This document shows, piece after piece, positions 1 to 9,225 of a stretch of DNA of 64,000 nucleotides. Source of the DNA: a virus. Under the pieces are notes generated by a model, which saw only the letters and a program-made list of their open reading frames with translations, was not told the DNA's origin and did no database searches. Made by a program: the position numbers and the translations under genes. Position 1 is the stretch's first letter; the number at the start of each line of letters is the position of its first letter. The stretch lies in IMG/VR virus record IMGVR_UViG_3300034375_010007, positions 1 to 64,000 of that record. One strand, 5' to 3'.

Positions 1-681
1 AAAGCGCGGAAAACTGGGAAGCCAAAAACAAAGTATGCAGCAATCAAAATGTTTCTGATTGACTTGGTAGAAAAAGGCAAAGCCAAAAAGTTAGGTTCAG
101 GCGCTTTCCGCACTGTATATCAATTCAATGAAAATCCGAATGTTGTTCTGAAATATGCTCGTGGTGGTTACGACGACGCTATGAGAATGAACAAAGAAGA
201 TTTCGAAATAGCAAGAAAGTACCCTTCAATTTCCCCGCGCGTGTATGCGCACGACGACGAATGGACTTGGGTTTACATGGACTACGTAGAGCCGGCTTTT
301 ATCGGTGAAGATGGCCGCTATTACGAAGCGGTTCGAAACACATTCCCAGCCGTGACAAAATACATAATGGCTAACGTAAACGATTATCTTCCTATCAATC
401 CTTATGATCCCGATGAATTAATGCTTGTTCTTTCAACTGCTGCCGCAAAGCTTTCCCGTAAAGACCGGCGATCGCCACGGACGCGTCGAGGTAGAGGCAT
501 CGAAGATTGGGTCGACCGCCATAAAGAAGGTCTTCTAAAAGTTGCTGGACCAACTTTTATCCAACTATCCAAAGCAATGGTAGAATACGATATTTCGCCC
601 CAAGAACTTCGGCAAGCAAATGTCGGGTATGGAAAAGACGACAAGTTAATCATTATTGACTCATCTATCTTCGAAGACTAG
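1..681 (+). CDS. Protein-kinase-like protein (5' partial; frame is open from base 1)
   Basis: Gly-rich loop LGSGAFRTVY, VLKYA lysine, catalytic-loop-like ELRQANVG and IIIDS. No stop upstream of ATG 49 in this frame. Confidence 0.65.
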   Translation, partial: KARKTGKPKTKYAAIKMFLIDLVEKGKAKKLGSGAFRTVYQFNENPNVVLKYARGGYDDAMRMNKEDFEIARKYPSISPRVYAHDDEWTWVYMDYVEPAFIGEDGRYYEAVRNTFPAVTKYIMANVNDYLPINPYDPDELMLVLSTAAAKLSRKDRRSPRTRRGRGIEDWVDRHKEGLLKVAGPTFIQLSKAMVEYDISPQELRQANVGYGKDDKLIIIDSSIFED

Positions 682-684
682 TTA
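677..684 (+). promoter_or_regulatory. ACTANTTA motif (ACTAGTTA), putative phage late promoter
   Basis: 18 nt upstream of ATG 703, followed by GGAG SD. Confidence 0.4.
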
Positions 685-702
685 CCTATAGGAGAGTAAC
701 TT

Positions 703-1209
703 ATGAGTTTCTTTGTAATTGTCCATAGCATAATGGTTGTCTGCTACGCTGGTATGACTTACTATATCTGGCGTGGCTGGAAACGAAATGCCCTTGAAAG
801 AAAATTCAACACTGCACTCCGTAATTCTGCTATTGCGCTTGTCGAAGATATGCAAGACGAGATAGCTAGAAATGAAAAATTAGTCGCGGAAGCTAAATCG
901 CAAATTGCCATGGCGATGACTGCTATGGAAGCCGATATGGCGTCGGCTGCTTATAACCCTCCCCAAGATGTTGACGATATGCTTAATGATCCCGGGATGC
1001 TCGGGTCAATCATTAACGCGATTATTGTAAAGTATGGCGATATGAGAATTGGAATGAGCGATATGATGCAATTAGATGAAGATCAAAGTATCTCTATCTA
1101 TATCGACACAGCATCAAAAGAAATGGTTCTATCCACACAACACGATCTAGGAGACAAAATCTCGTTCATCAATTTCTCTAATCCCAAAGATGACGAGACT
1201 TACCATTAA
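703..1209 (+). CDS. Hypothetical protein, N-terminal TM helix plus coiled coil
   Basis: 168 aa ORF with GGAG SD and a hydrophobic N-terminus. Confidence 0.7.
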   Translation: MSFFVIVHSIMVVCYAGMTYYIWRGWKRNALERKFNTALRNSAIALVEDMQDEIARNEKLVAEAKSQIAMAMTAMEADMASAAYNPPQDVDDMLNDPGMLGSIINAIIVKYGDMRIGMSDMMQLDEDQSISIYIDTASKEMVLSTQHDLGDKISFINFSNPKDDETYH

Positions 1210-1421
1210 TGAAGGTTGGTGATTTAGTCCGCTGGGCCAAAACAGATCAAATCGGAATTGTTCTTGATATCTTTGGAGATCTGGACCCCCAAGACCCTTG
1301 GATTCGCGTTGTATTCCAAAAAGGTGATCAACAAACTTTTCAGTGGTGCAAAATATCAAGCTTGGCACCAATAAAAAAGAAGGGGCCGAAACCGACCCCT
1401 TCTCATAGGCGCACTGATTAG
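1209..1421 (+). CDS. Small SH3/KOW-like phage protein
   Basis: MKVGDLVRW...IGIVL pattern; start overlaps the previous stop (TAATG). Confidence 0.6.
   Translation: MKVGDLVRWAKTDQIGIVLDIFGDLDPQDPWIRVVFQKGDQQTFQWCKISSLAPIKKKGPKPTPSHRRTD
1373..1403 (-). terminator. Intrinsic terminator of the yeaH-spoVR-prkA operon
   Basis: Minus strand reads AGAAGGGGTCG-GTTT-CGGCCCCTTCT-TTTTT: a GC stem plus U tract, ~30 nt after the prkA stop. Confidence 0.85.
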
Positions 1422-1434
1422 TGGAAGTGGGAGT

Positions 1435-3369
1435 TTATGAGTCGCGCCATAGATTGTTTGAAGCAAACTTAATTACTTCTTCTGCTGAATCCTCGTTATA
1501 ACCGTAGTCATCGATTAGAGTCTGGACCATTGCGTTAAACTTCTTTTGCTGCTTAACATCTCTGGACTTGGACTTTGTCACGATACGAGAAATATCTCTT
1601 ACAGAAGCAACCAACTTGGATTCAATTGCCTCACGGAGCGGACCGTAAGAACGCCAGTCGATTACCTCACCTCTACGAAGCTTCGCAAACATGTAAGAAG
1701 TAATATCGGCACGGAAGTTGTTCTTTGCAGAACCCTTGATACCAATCTGCTCCTCAATAGAGGAAAGGAACTTCTCATCTGCTTCCATCTCTTCGTTTGT
1801 AACACGATCCTTGACTTTGGTGCTATTGACGTAAGCCTCGGCGTGGTCAAGGTAGTTGTTGAATAGGGACTCAGCCTGCTCTTCGTAAGCTGTAACGAAA
1901 GCCTTCGTGATTTCCTTCTCAAGGATAGAAAGATACTCTTCGTGAAGAACCTTTTGAAGGAAAGCCAAGCAACGGCTACGCTCATCAGGGTTTACGATTT
2001 GCTCTTTTACTTGCTTGATAAGAGACTCGCGAATAGAGATTGGAGTAATCATATTCTTTGTGGAGTCGGCTAGTGCAGCATCGATCGCCTTCATGATAAA
2101 GCGAGTAGAGATACCAGTCATACCCTCGTCCTCTACCTCTTCGCGAAGATCCTTGATATCAACCTTCTTGATGAGACCCTTCTCAACAATCTCCTCACCG
2201 TTGTAGATCTTCATCTTGGTTAGGGCATCAACCTTGTTGGAAGGCTTGAGGCGAGAAAGAACGGAGAACATTGCAGCAACCCGTAGTGTGTGCGGAGCAA
2301 TGTGACTATCAAAGTCAGAACGACCGATCAACTTCTCATAGATTCTTACTTCCTGATCAACCTCAAGGCAGTAAGGAACATTGACACGAACGATACGGTC
2401 AAGGATAGCCTCGTTTGTGTGCTCAGCCTTGAACTTGTTCCACTCTGCTTCGTTACAGTGAGCAAGAATAACACCATCAAAGTAAATCATTGCTTGCTTG
2501 CCTGGAGAAGGAACTGACTTCTCCTGGGTTGCTGTGATCATTGTGTGAAGGAACTCAATCTCATTCTTGAAAACCTCAACGAACTCAACGATGCCTCGGT
2601 TGCCGACGTTGAACGCTCCGTTAAGAGACAGAACACGCGGATCGTCCTCTGGGTATAAGTCAAGCTTTGAAATGTCCTCAGAGCCGATTAGAAGGCTTGT
2701 ATCCTGTGTGTTTGGATCCATTGGAGGAACAACACCGACACCCTTGCGCCCACGAACAGAGAAAGAAGACTCTGTGATTGGGAACTTTGTAAAGTCACCA
2801 CCGTACTCCTCTAGAAGTCGGTGACGGCATACAGGGCAAAGGTCGCCTTCAATCTTGATGCCGTATGTCTCGGCAAACTCATCACGCAAAGAACGCGGGA
2901 TAAGGTGAAGAGGCTCCTCACGGATTGGACAGCCATCCAAAGCATAGATTGGATCACACTGCTCAAGTGCTCCCTTGATGTGCTCTACAAGAGCAGACTT
3001 GCCTGCGCCTACCGGACCGAGAAGAAGAAGAACCTGACGGCTCTCCTCGCCCTTCATCGCAGCAGAGTGAAGGAAACGAACAACCTTCTCCAAAGGACGC
3101 TCCATACCAAAGAACTGACCTGAGAAGTAATCGTAAGTCTTTACTGTCTCGCCATTGAAAAGTTTATTACAGCGCGGGTCAGTCTCGTCTAAAACTGTAA
3201 CCCCCTCACCGATAATCTTCTCGTAAAGTCTTTTGTGAGCAAGAGCAGGAATGTTGCGATCTTCCTCAATAAGTTTTAGGTAATCTTCCAGTACCCCGGA
3301 GAACTTCTCTCTCTTCTTACTCTCACGGTGTTCTCTAACCGATTCGAGAAACTTGCTTGTTGTGGTCAT
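1435..3369 (-). CDS. prkA: PrkA/YeaG AAA+ serine protein kinase
   Basis: Walker A GPVGAGKS, LNGAFNVGNRGIVEFVEVFK, NEAEW, EAILDRIV.V.VPYCL, HIAPHTL, EGMTGISTRF, YGYNEDSA. Likely start ATG 3369 (GGAG SD); the ORF track starts at 3390. Confidence 0.93.
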   Translation of the reverse strand: MTTTSKFLESVREHRESKKREKFSGVLEDYLKLIEEDRNIPALAHKRLYEKIIGEGVTVLDETDPRCNKLFNGETVKTYDYFSGQFFGMERPLEKVVRFLHSAAMKGEESRQVLLLLGPVGAGKSALVEHIKGALEQCDPIYALDGCPIREEPLHLIPRSLRDEFAETYGIKIEGDLCPVCRHRLLEEYGGDFTKFPITESSFSVRGRKGVGVVPPMDPNTQDTSLLIGSEDISKLDLYPEDDPRVLSLNGAFNVGNRGIVEFVEVFKNEIEFLHTMITATQEKSVPSPGKQAMIYFDGVILAHCNEAEWNKFKAEHTNEAILDRIVRVNVPYCLEVDQEVRIYEKLIGRSDFDSHIAPHTLRVAAMFSVLSRLKPSNKVDALTKMKIYNGEEIVEKGLIKKVDIKDLREEVEDEGMTGISTRFIMKAIDAALADSTKNMITPISIRESLIKQVKEQIVNPDERSRCLAFLQKVLHEEYLSILEKEITKAFVTAYEEQAESLFNNYLDHAEAYVNSTKVKDRVTNEEMEADEKFLSSIEEQIGIKGSAKNNFRADITSYMFAKLRRGEVIDWRSYGPLREAIESKLVASVRDISRIVTKSKSRDVKQQKKFNAMVQTLIDDYGYNEDSAEEVIKFASNNLWRDS

Positions 3370-3370
3370 G

Positions 3371-4678
3371 CTAAAACTCCCATATTTCATCTTCCACTAT
3401 GGTGATTAATTTCACCTCACCACGCCAAAGGGCTTTAATGTGATCAAACACTTTACGCGCGTAATTCATTTCTAAATCTCTACCATCGTGCTCGTGAACG
3501 AGAGAAAGTGTTCCATCTTTCTCAATCTCTTCTACGAATACGACCGGTATTCTGTTGAGACCTACATTCGTAATCATCGCATCACGAACTTTCTCCCAAC
3601 CTTCTACATCCGATATATCATCTACTATACTAGATTGTTGCTTCCTATTAAAGGAATAAGAGAAATAATTATGCTCTCTCATAAATTCTTCATCAGTATA
3701 AAAACGTAGGAATGTTATATCGTTATGAACTTCTCGGATTGTCTTTGCTTCCTCGAAACCTTTCTCTTCAATAATCTTCTGGAAGAGAGTGTATCCTAAA
3801 TGATAAGGATTGATTTGTCCAAGGTGCGGACGAATAACTTGATTGTGTAGCTTTACAAAAGGCAAATAAAGACCATCAGGAAGATTTAGTTCGTTGATAA
3901 TCTTTTGATGGATTGTGCAAGCCCATCCTTCGTTCATTACCTTTGTAAGAGCCTGCGGAATAAAGTATTTTGAAGATTCTTCAACAATAAGAATAAGATT
4001 TCTCTCCCACTCCTCAAGATTTTTGCTGTGCTCGGCAATAAAACGAAGAAGATTGTACTCAGGACGTATAGGAACCTTGCTTAGATTTGGATTGTAGTCC
4101 GGATTTTCCATCATCTTCTCTTTTTCAGACTCAATAATCTCAGCACGGGTCTTATATTTGATGCCTGGGTATCTTGGAACCTGATATTTGATTGAGTGAG
4201 CGGCATCTAGGATGTTTTCAACTTTATCAATACCGATTGAAGGATCCTCAATCAACTGACGAACGTATTTCGCAGCAGATTTGAAGCTTGAAATAATGTT
4301 TGAAGGGTCTGTGTGAGCAAACATTCGGTTCTGTTTGAAGAAATCCGAGTGTCCAACACAGTGAGCCATCGTTAGAATGTGAATGTAAAGAGCATTTTCT
4401 CTCATCAAGTAAGCGATTGACGGATTTGAGTTGATAATCATCTCATATGGAAGCCCAGTTTGCCCCATATTGTAAAGAGTGTGAGTTCTTTCATACTCTT
4501 TTCCGTAAGACCAGTGTCGATAATGCGTTGGAAGACCTGTGTAAGCCATCGCTCCAAGCATTTCAGCGTAATCAATGATCTCGTAATCGATTGGAAACCA
4601 ATCTAATCCTAAATCTTCGCCTACACGACAGATTTTGTCGTCCCATTTTTGTAGATCTGCGACTGTCCAGTCACTCAT
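3371..4678 (-). CDS. spoVR: SpoVR/YcgB family protein
   Basis: GLPTHYRHWSYGK, LPYEMIINSNPSIAYL, AHCVGHSDFFKQN, TKVMNEGWA, NPYHLG, L.HEHDGRDL. Confidence 0.93.
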   Translation of the reverse strand: MSDWTVADLQKWDDKICRVGEDLGLDWFPIDYEIIDYAEMLGAMAYTGLPTHYRHWSYGKEYERTHTLYNMGQTGLPYEMIINSNPSIAYLMRENALYIHILTMAHCVGHSDFFKQNRMFAHTDPSNIISSFKSAAKYVRQLIEDPSIGIDKVENILDAAHSIKYQVPRYPGIKYKTRAEIIESEKEKMMENPDYNPNLSKVPIRPEYNLLRFIAEHSKNLEEWERNLILIVEESSKYFIPQALTKVMNEGWACTIHQKIINELNLPDGLYLPFVKLHNQVIRPHLGQINPYHLGYTLFQKIIEEKGFEEAKTIREVHNDITFLRFYTDEEFMREHNYFSYSFNRKQQSSIVDDISDVEGWEKVRDAMITNVGLNRIPVVFVEEIEKDGTLSLVHEHDGRDLEMNYARKVFDHIKALWRGEVKLITIVEDEIWEF

Positions 4679-5919
4679 TTTGTTTTACTCCCACCAAAAA
4701 GAGATTTGAAAGCCATCCAGATGTGCTCTGTCTGTCCAATCATCACTCTCTTGAACTTTTTATCAGTAATCGGTCTCAATCTTGCCCATAGATTATCTAA
4801 CTCTTCGTTCTTCCACGCCGAAAAGTTTGCCCATGGGCTGTTTTTGACTCCACTATCTTCCAAAGAATCGTCATCCAAGCCTTCGTAACTCTCATTTATC
4901 TCACAATAAGCTGTCAGTTGACTAATATCTTTGATTTCTTTGAACAAATCTATACATTTTTCGTTGTCGGAAGCCCAGTTTTCACCATCGCCACAATAAA
5001 ATGTATAAATATTCCAAGCATTTGGATGATATTCTTTCTCAACTATCTCCATTTGCATTTTCAAAGCAGATGAAATGATCGTTCCACCAAAAGTTCCAAC
5101 TTTAAAGAAGTCATCTTCGCTTACACGCTCGGCATTGGTCGAGTGAGAGATAAAAACAACCTCAACTTTCTCATATCGGTGGTTCAAGAACTGATAAAGC
5201 AGGAAAAAGAAGGATCTTGCAAGGTATTTGCGGTCCTGAGACATTGATCCAGACACATCCATCAGAAAAAAGATGACTGCTGACGAGTTTTCTTTCGCTT
5301 TTGGCTTAATGTGATGGTATTTGAGGTCATCTTTGTGAAAAGGAAAGCGCTCATCGGACTCTGGGTCGTAAGCACCGGTCTTTTCAGCCATTTTTTGACG
5401 ACGGATCTTTCTTTTTAGTGTTTCTTTCTTTGAAAGTCTCGGTCGGATGCCCTGAAAGCGATATCCTTTACGTTTTACGGTCTCTTGTGTGATAAAACGG
5501 AACTGCTTCTTCTCTAAATCTGGAAGTTCAAGGTCTGCAAACAGATATTCAGCCAACTCTTCAAGCGAAACCTCTACGTCGTAGTATTGATCACCTTTTT
5601 TATCGGATGCTTTGCCTGTTCCTTGTCCAGAACCCTTTTGGGCACGTTGTTTTCCGATTTTTTGGCCTCTTTTTAGAGAATGCTCGCCACCAGATCCAAC
5701 AGTTTTGTTTTGCTGTCCAGATCCGTAGACAAATCGGTACTCCTTGAGCCCTCTAACAGGAACTCTAATCTTTTTCTTGCCGTTTTGACCGATGATTGAC
5801 TCCTCAGCAATCACATCCTTGATAGATTCTTTGATTGCTTTTTCAATCTTCTTTTTATGCCGCGATCGATCGCTTGCGGCGCGGTCTACAATAGACTCGT
5901 GTTTACGAAATACGCTCAT
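4675..5919 (-). CDS. yeaH: YeaH/YhbH (DUF444) vWA-domain protein
   Basis: DRSRHKKK, LFADLELPDL, AVIFFLMDVSGSM (MIDAS), GGTIISSAL, WNIYTFYCGDGENW. Confidence 0.92.
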   Translation of the reverse strand: MSVFRKHESIVDRAASDRSRHKKKIEKAIKESIKDVIAEESIIGQNGKKKIRVPVRGLKEYRFVYGSGQQNKTVGSGGEHSLKRGQKIGKQRAQKGSGQGTGKASDKKGDQYYDVEVSLEELAEYLFADLELPDLEKKQFRFITQETVKRKGYRFQGIRPRLSKKETLKRKIRRQKMAEKTGAYDPESDERFPFHKDDLKYHHIKPKAKENSSAVIFFLMDVSGSMSQDRKYLARSFFFLLYQFLNHRYEKVEVVFISHSTNAERVSEDDFFKVGTFGGTIISSALKMQMEIVEKEYHPNAWNIYTFYCGDGENWASDNEKCIDLFKEIKDISQLTAYCEINESYEGLDDDSLEDSGVKNSPWANFSAWKNEELDNLWARLRPITDKKFKRVMIGQTEHIWMAFKSLFGGSKTK

Positions 5920-5976
5920 ATCCTAAATACTTTACCACCCACTCTAAAAACATTTTAGTTTTGCTGTTATTAGCAG

Positions 5977-5982
5977 TATAAT
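5977..5982 (+). promoter_or_regulatory. Sigma70-type -10 box (TATAAT), probable leaderless start
   Basis: Perfect TATAAT ends 6 nt before ATG 5989; no SD. Confidence 0.5.
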
Positions 5983-5988
5983 ACATAA

Positions 5989-6438
5989 ATGCTAATACTT
6001 CAAGTCTTATTTCTTCTTATTATCGGTCATTTCACAGCGGCACTCTTAGTATACCTGAACCATCGCTTCGTTTTTCACGGAAAGTTAGGTACAAAAGGTC
6101 CCTTAAAATTTATTCGTAGATATCATACACTACACCACGCGCACCCGAAAGGTGAAAGAGTATACGATCACATTTATATGCCCGTATGGGCGCGTGTGAT
6201 GTTTGTAGCCATTTATGTAGGCATCTCTTTTGTCTCGCTAGCGTTTGCTCTCGGGATGCTAACATTTTCTATATATTATGGCTACAATCACTTGGCGATT
6301 CACGAAAAAAAGCACAGAAATCATTCTTATTTTCATCACACGCTACATCACAAGGATCCGACTGTTAATTTTTCCGGAATGTATCCCTTTATAGACAAAC
6401 TATTCTCTACTTATAAAGAGAGTAGACCGATACTATGA
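5989..6438 (+). CDS. Sterol desaturase / fatty acid hydroxylase family protein
   Basis: His boxes HRFVFH, HTLHH, NHLAIH and HHTLHH; NFSG..PFIDKLFSTY; TM helices. Confidence 0.85.
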   Translation: MLILQVLFLLIIGHFTAALLVYLNHRFVFHGKLGTKGPLKFIRRYHTLHHAHPKGERVYDHIYMPVWARVMFVAIYVGISFVSLAFALGMLTFSIYYGYNHLAIHEKKHRNHSYFHHTLHHKDPTVNFSGMYPFIDKLFSTYKESRPIL

Positions 6439-6442
6439 TTTT

Positions 6443-6943
6443 ATGGACAATGTAAACGTTCTAAAACTTGACTCTTCATTCAAACCTGTCGAAGTTATCT
6501 CTTGGCAAGAGGCTGTCGTTCTAACTTGGCTAAACAAAGCGTGGGCAGCTGAATACACGGATAAATGGGTTCGATCAGCCAAAGAAGCCTTTCAAATACC
6601 TTCTGTTATCGTTTTATTTCGTTATATTGACGAAAAGTTCTTTGAAGTTCCTTGTGTAAGGAGAAACATACTTCTTCGTGATGATTTTCACTGTCAGTAT
6701 TGCGGAAATCGTTTTAAAGAACAAGATTTGACGATTGACCACGTTCATCCTCGCTCTAAGGGCGGAAAAAACGATTGGGACAACGTTGCGACTGCTTGTA
6801 GAGACTGTAATCAGAAAAAAGGCGACCATATGCCCGAGAATGCGCCAGTTAAGATAATAAAGAAACCAACGGCTCCCTCATATCGTTCTCTAATCAAAAA
6901 AAGGATTGGGAATGCGAATAACAAATGGAAAGAGTATTTATAA
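6443..6943 (+). CDS. HNH endonuclease (McrA-like)
   Basis: RRNILLRDDFHCQYCG, LTIDHVHPRSKGG...WDNVATACRDCNQKK. Confidence 0.92.
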   Translation: MDNVNVLKLDSSFKPVEVISWQEAVVLTWLNKAWAAEYTDKWVRSAKEAFQIPSVIVLFRYIDEKFFEVPCVRRNILLRDDFHCQYCGNRFKEQDLTIDHVHPRSKGGKNDWDNVATACRDCNQKKGDHMPENAPVKIIKKPTAPSYRSLIKKRIGNANNKWKEYL

Positions 6944-6959
6944 CTGGGAGATTTTGTAA

Positions 6960-7577
6960 ATGTCGCGATATACTTGGTTGCTGGACCCTGGACACGGTGG
7001 GATGATAGACGGTGTCTATCAAACAAAAGGAAAAAGATCTCCTTTATTTGATGACGGCGTTGTTTTATACGAAGGTGAGTTCAACAGAGCCGTTACTAAA
7101 CAAATTTTAGAGTATTGTGATAAATCCAATATTGATGCTATCGATATTGTTGATTCTGAAAAAGATATTCCTCTTAGAGAGCGCGTCCTAAAAGCAAACA
7201 AACTTCACGCTCAAAAAAGAAACTGTATTTATGTTTCTATCCACGCAAATGCTTTTGGTAATGGTCGCGATTTCAACAGCGCAAGAGGCGCCTCCACTTT
7301 CCATCACGTAAACAGCAAGAAAGGTAGAGTATTGGCTGAGTCGCTTCAAAGATGGCTTGTCAAGCTTACGCCGTTCAGAGATCGTGGCGTCAAGGCAAAT
7401 GATAGTTGGGCAAACTTTTATGTTCTCCGCAAAACAAATATGCCGGCAATACTTTCAGAGAATGGTTTTATGACCAATAAAGAAGACGCAACACTTCTTC
7501 TTAGTCCTACCATTCGTACAACAATCGCCGCAGCACACTTTGCGATGATACAGGAAATAGAAGAAAATGGACTCTGA
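6960..7577 (+). CDS. N-acetylmuramoyl-L-alanine amidase (Amidase_3), possible endolysin
   Basis: LDPGHGG, E..FN, VSIHANA, FYVLRKTNMPAILSENGFMTN. Confidence 0.92.
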   Translation: MSRYTWLLDPGHGGMIDGVYQTKGKRSPLFDDGVVLYEGEFNRAVTKQILEYCDKSNIDAIDIVDSEKDIPLRERVLKANKLHAQKRNCIYVSIHANAFGNGRDFNSARGASTFHHVNSKKGRVLAESLQRWLVKLTPFRDRGVKANDSWANFYVLRKTNMPAILSENGFMTNKEDATLLLSPTIRTTIAAAHFAMIQEIEENGL

Positions 7578-7776
7578 TCAAGGAGAGATCCGACAAATCA
7601 GTTCTGCTATTAATGAATTGTTTGAAAAGGTTGATAGACTTAAATCAAAACTTGATAGTCTTTGTAACGAAACCGGCGGTTGCGAGCATATAAAGAAAGT
7701 CAATCGCGAAATACTAAAAAAGAAAGATAGCATCTTAAATGGAACTCATATCAACGCACTTCGTAAAGAAGAATGA
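7567..7776 (+). CDS. Small coiled-coil hypothetical protein
   Basis: 69 aa ORF overlapping both neighbours. Confidence 0.5.
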   Translation: MDSDQGEIRQISSAINELFEKVDRLKSKLDSLCNETGGCEHIKKVNREILKKKDSILNGTHINALRKEE

Positions 7777-8139
7777 TGTAGGCTACCACGGCAACCTTTT
7801 CGGAGGCATTATGCTAGCGTGGTTAGATGAAGCCGCAGCAGCATTTGCTGCCCAAGTTGCCGACACCCCAAGAATGGTCACAAGACACATATCCAGTCTG
7901 ACCTTCCAGAAGCCCGCCAGACCGGGTCAAATCATCAAGATATATGGAGAGGTGGCTAAGGTAGGAAAACCTCTCTAACGCTGAATATGGAGGCGAGAAG
8001 GCACTCTGTGTATAACGGCACCCAACGAGCAATCGTCAGCACTCAAATGGTCTTCGTTCGCATTGACGGAGATGGTGAAGCAATCCCGATTTCTGAAAAG
8101 GTTCGTCAGAAATACAGAGATCCCAAAGATTTCACTTAA
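7739..8139 (+). pseudogene. Acyl-CoA thioesterase (hotdog fold) with a frameshift at 7966-7969 (probable homopolymer error)
   Basis: N-half has HGNLFGGIMLAWLDEAA. Adding one A gives ...VGKTSLTLNMEARR...MVFVRIDGDGEAIPI...DFT* with stop at 8137-8139. Confidence 0.8.
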
Positions 8140-8144
8140 ATAAC

Positions 8145-8152
8145 ACTATTTA
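8145..8152 (+). promoter_or_regulatory. ACTANTTA motif (ACTATTTA), putative late promoter
   Basis: Intergenic, 7 nt before ATG 8160; no SD. Confidence 0.55.
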
Positions 8153-8159
8153 TTACGCT

Positions 8160-9224
8160 ATGAAAAAACTACTTGAATCCTGGGATCGATTTCTCAACGA
8201 AGAGAGCCTCAACGAAAAAGATGACCGATGCACACGTATCGCCAAGCGCAAATATGATGTTTGGCCATCAGCATATGCGTCTGGTGCCGTCGTCAAATGC
8301 CGTCAAGGAAAGATTTGGAAGGGCGTCAAAGAAGACGTTGAAGCCTCTGAACTTCTTGAGAACACAGAATATGAAGATCTCTTAGAGGAAGCAAAGAAAA
8401 AGAAAGCAGGCACCGAGTCAAGCAAAGAAAAAAGCTTAGCCGATTGGTTTGGACGCAAAGGCGCCAAAGGTAAGACCGGTGGTTGGGTTGATTGTAATGC
8501 TCCCGATGGAAAGGGTGGGTACAAGCCATGTGGTCGTCAGGAAGGCGAGAAGCGCTCTAAATACCCTGCTTGCCGTCCAACTCCGGGTGCTTGTAAGGAA
8601 AAAGGCAAAGGCAAGTCTTGGGGCAAGAAAGCCGCAAAGAAAGAGTCGCTTGAACGACGCATCGAAAAGATGGTTATCAAGGAGTTGCAGGAACAACTTT
8701 TCAAGCCTGGATTGAAGCATCACGTTAAAAACAACATCCCTCTAACTGAAAACATTTACCGCATTGGTTCTCCTTGCTACTTCAACGTAATCAAACAAGG
8801 TCGCGAATACTACAAGATGGGTCTTTACGAGACAACAAACCCAGATGAGATTGATTTGTTTGAGAATACCGATCTTGGTGAGTGGGCAATGTTTGAAGGT
8901 GAAGAAGTTCCTTTGGATTTCCCAATGTATGTGGAAGAGATCAACGAAAAGAAAGATCCACCAATCGGAAAGCCAACAAAGAACACTGGTGGCGGCAAGA
9001 AATATAAAGTTTATGTTCGCAACCCAAAAACAGGCAACGTCAAGAAGATTACTTACGGTGATTCCAAAGGTGGTCTGAAAGGAAACTGGAACAACGCCGA
9101 GGCACGCGCATCTTTCGCAGCACGTCACAAGTGTGCTGAAAAGAAAGATCGCACGTCGCCTGGATACTGGGCTTGTAGAGCACACAAAGACTTCGGCAAG
9201 AACGTTCCTGGCCGCTTCTGGTAA
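8160..9224 (+). CDS. Multi-module basic/Cys-rich phage protein with leader MKKLLESWDRFLNEE
   Basis: Modules: KYDVWPSAYASGAVVKCR; WF...WVDC...KPCGR...YPACRP; KKYKVYVRNPKTG...SFAARHKC...GYWAC. Confidence 0.8.
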   Translation: MKKLLESWDRFLNEESLNEKDDRCTRIAKRKYDVWPSAYASGAVVKCRQGKIWKGVKEDVEASELLENTEYEDLLEEAKKKKAGTESSKEKSLADWFGRKGAKGKTGGWVDCNAPDGKGGYKPCGRQEGEKRSKYPACRPTPGACKEKGKGKSWGKKAAKKESLERRIEKMVIKELQEQLFKPGLKHHVKNNIPLTENIYRIGSPCYFNVIKQGREYYKMGLYETTNPDEIDLFENTDLGEWAMFEGEEVPLDFPMYVEEINEKKDPPIGKPTKNTGGGKKYKVYVRNPKTGNVKKITYGDSKGGLKGNWNNAEARASFAARHKCAEKKDRTSPGYWACRAHKDFGKNVPGRFW

Positions 9225-9225
9225 G

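Noticed and set aside
6443-6943. HNH gene as an intron or mobile homing element
   Set aside because: Flanking genes are intact and unrelated; no split gene or intron structure was seen.
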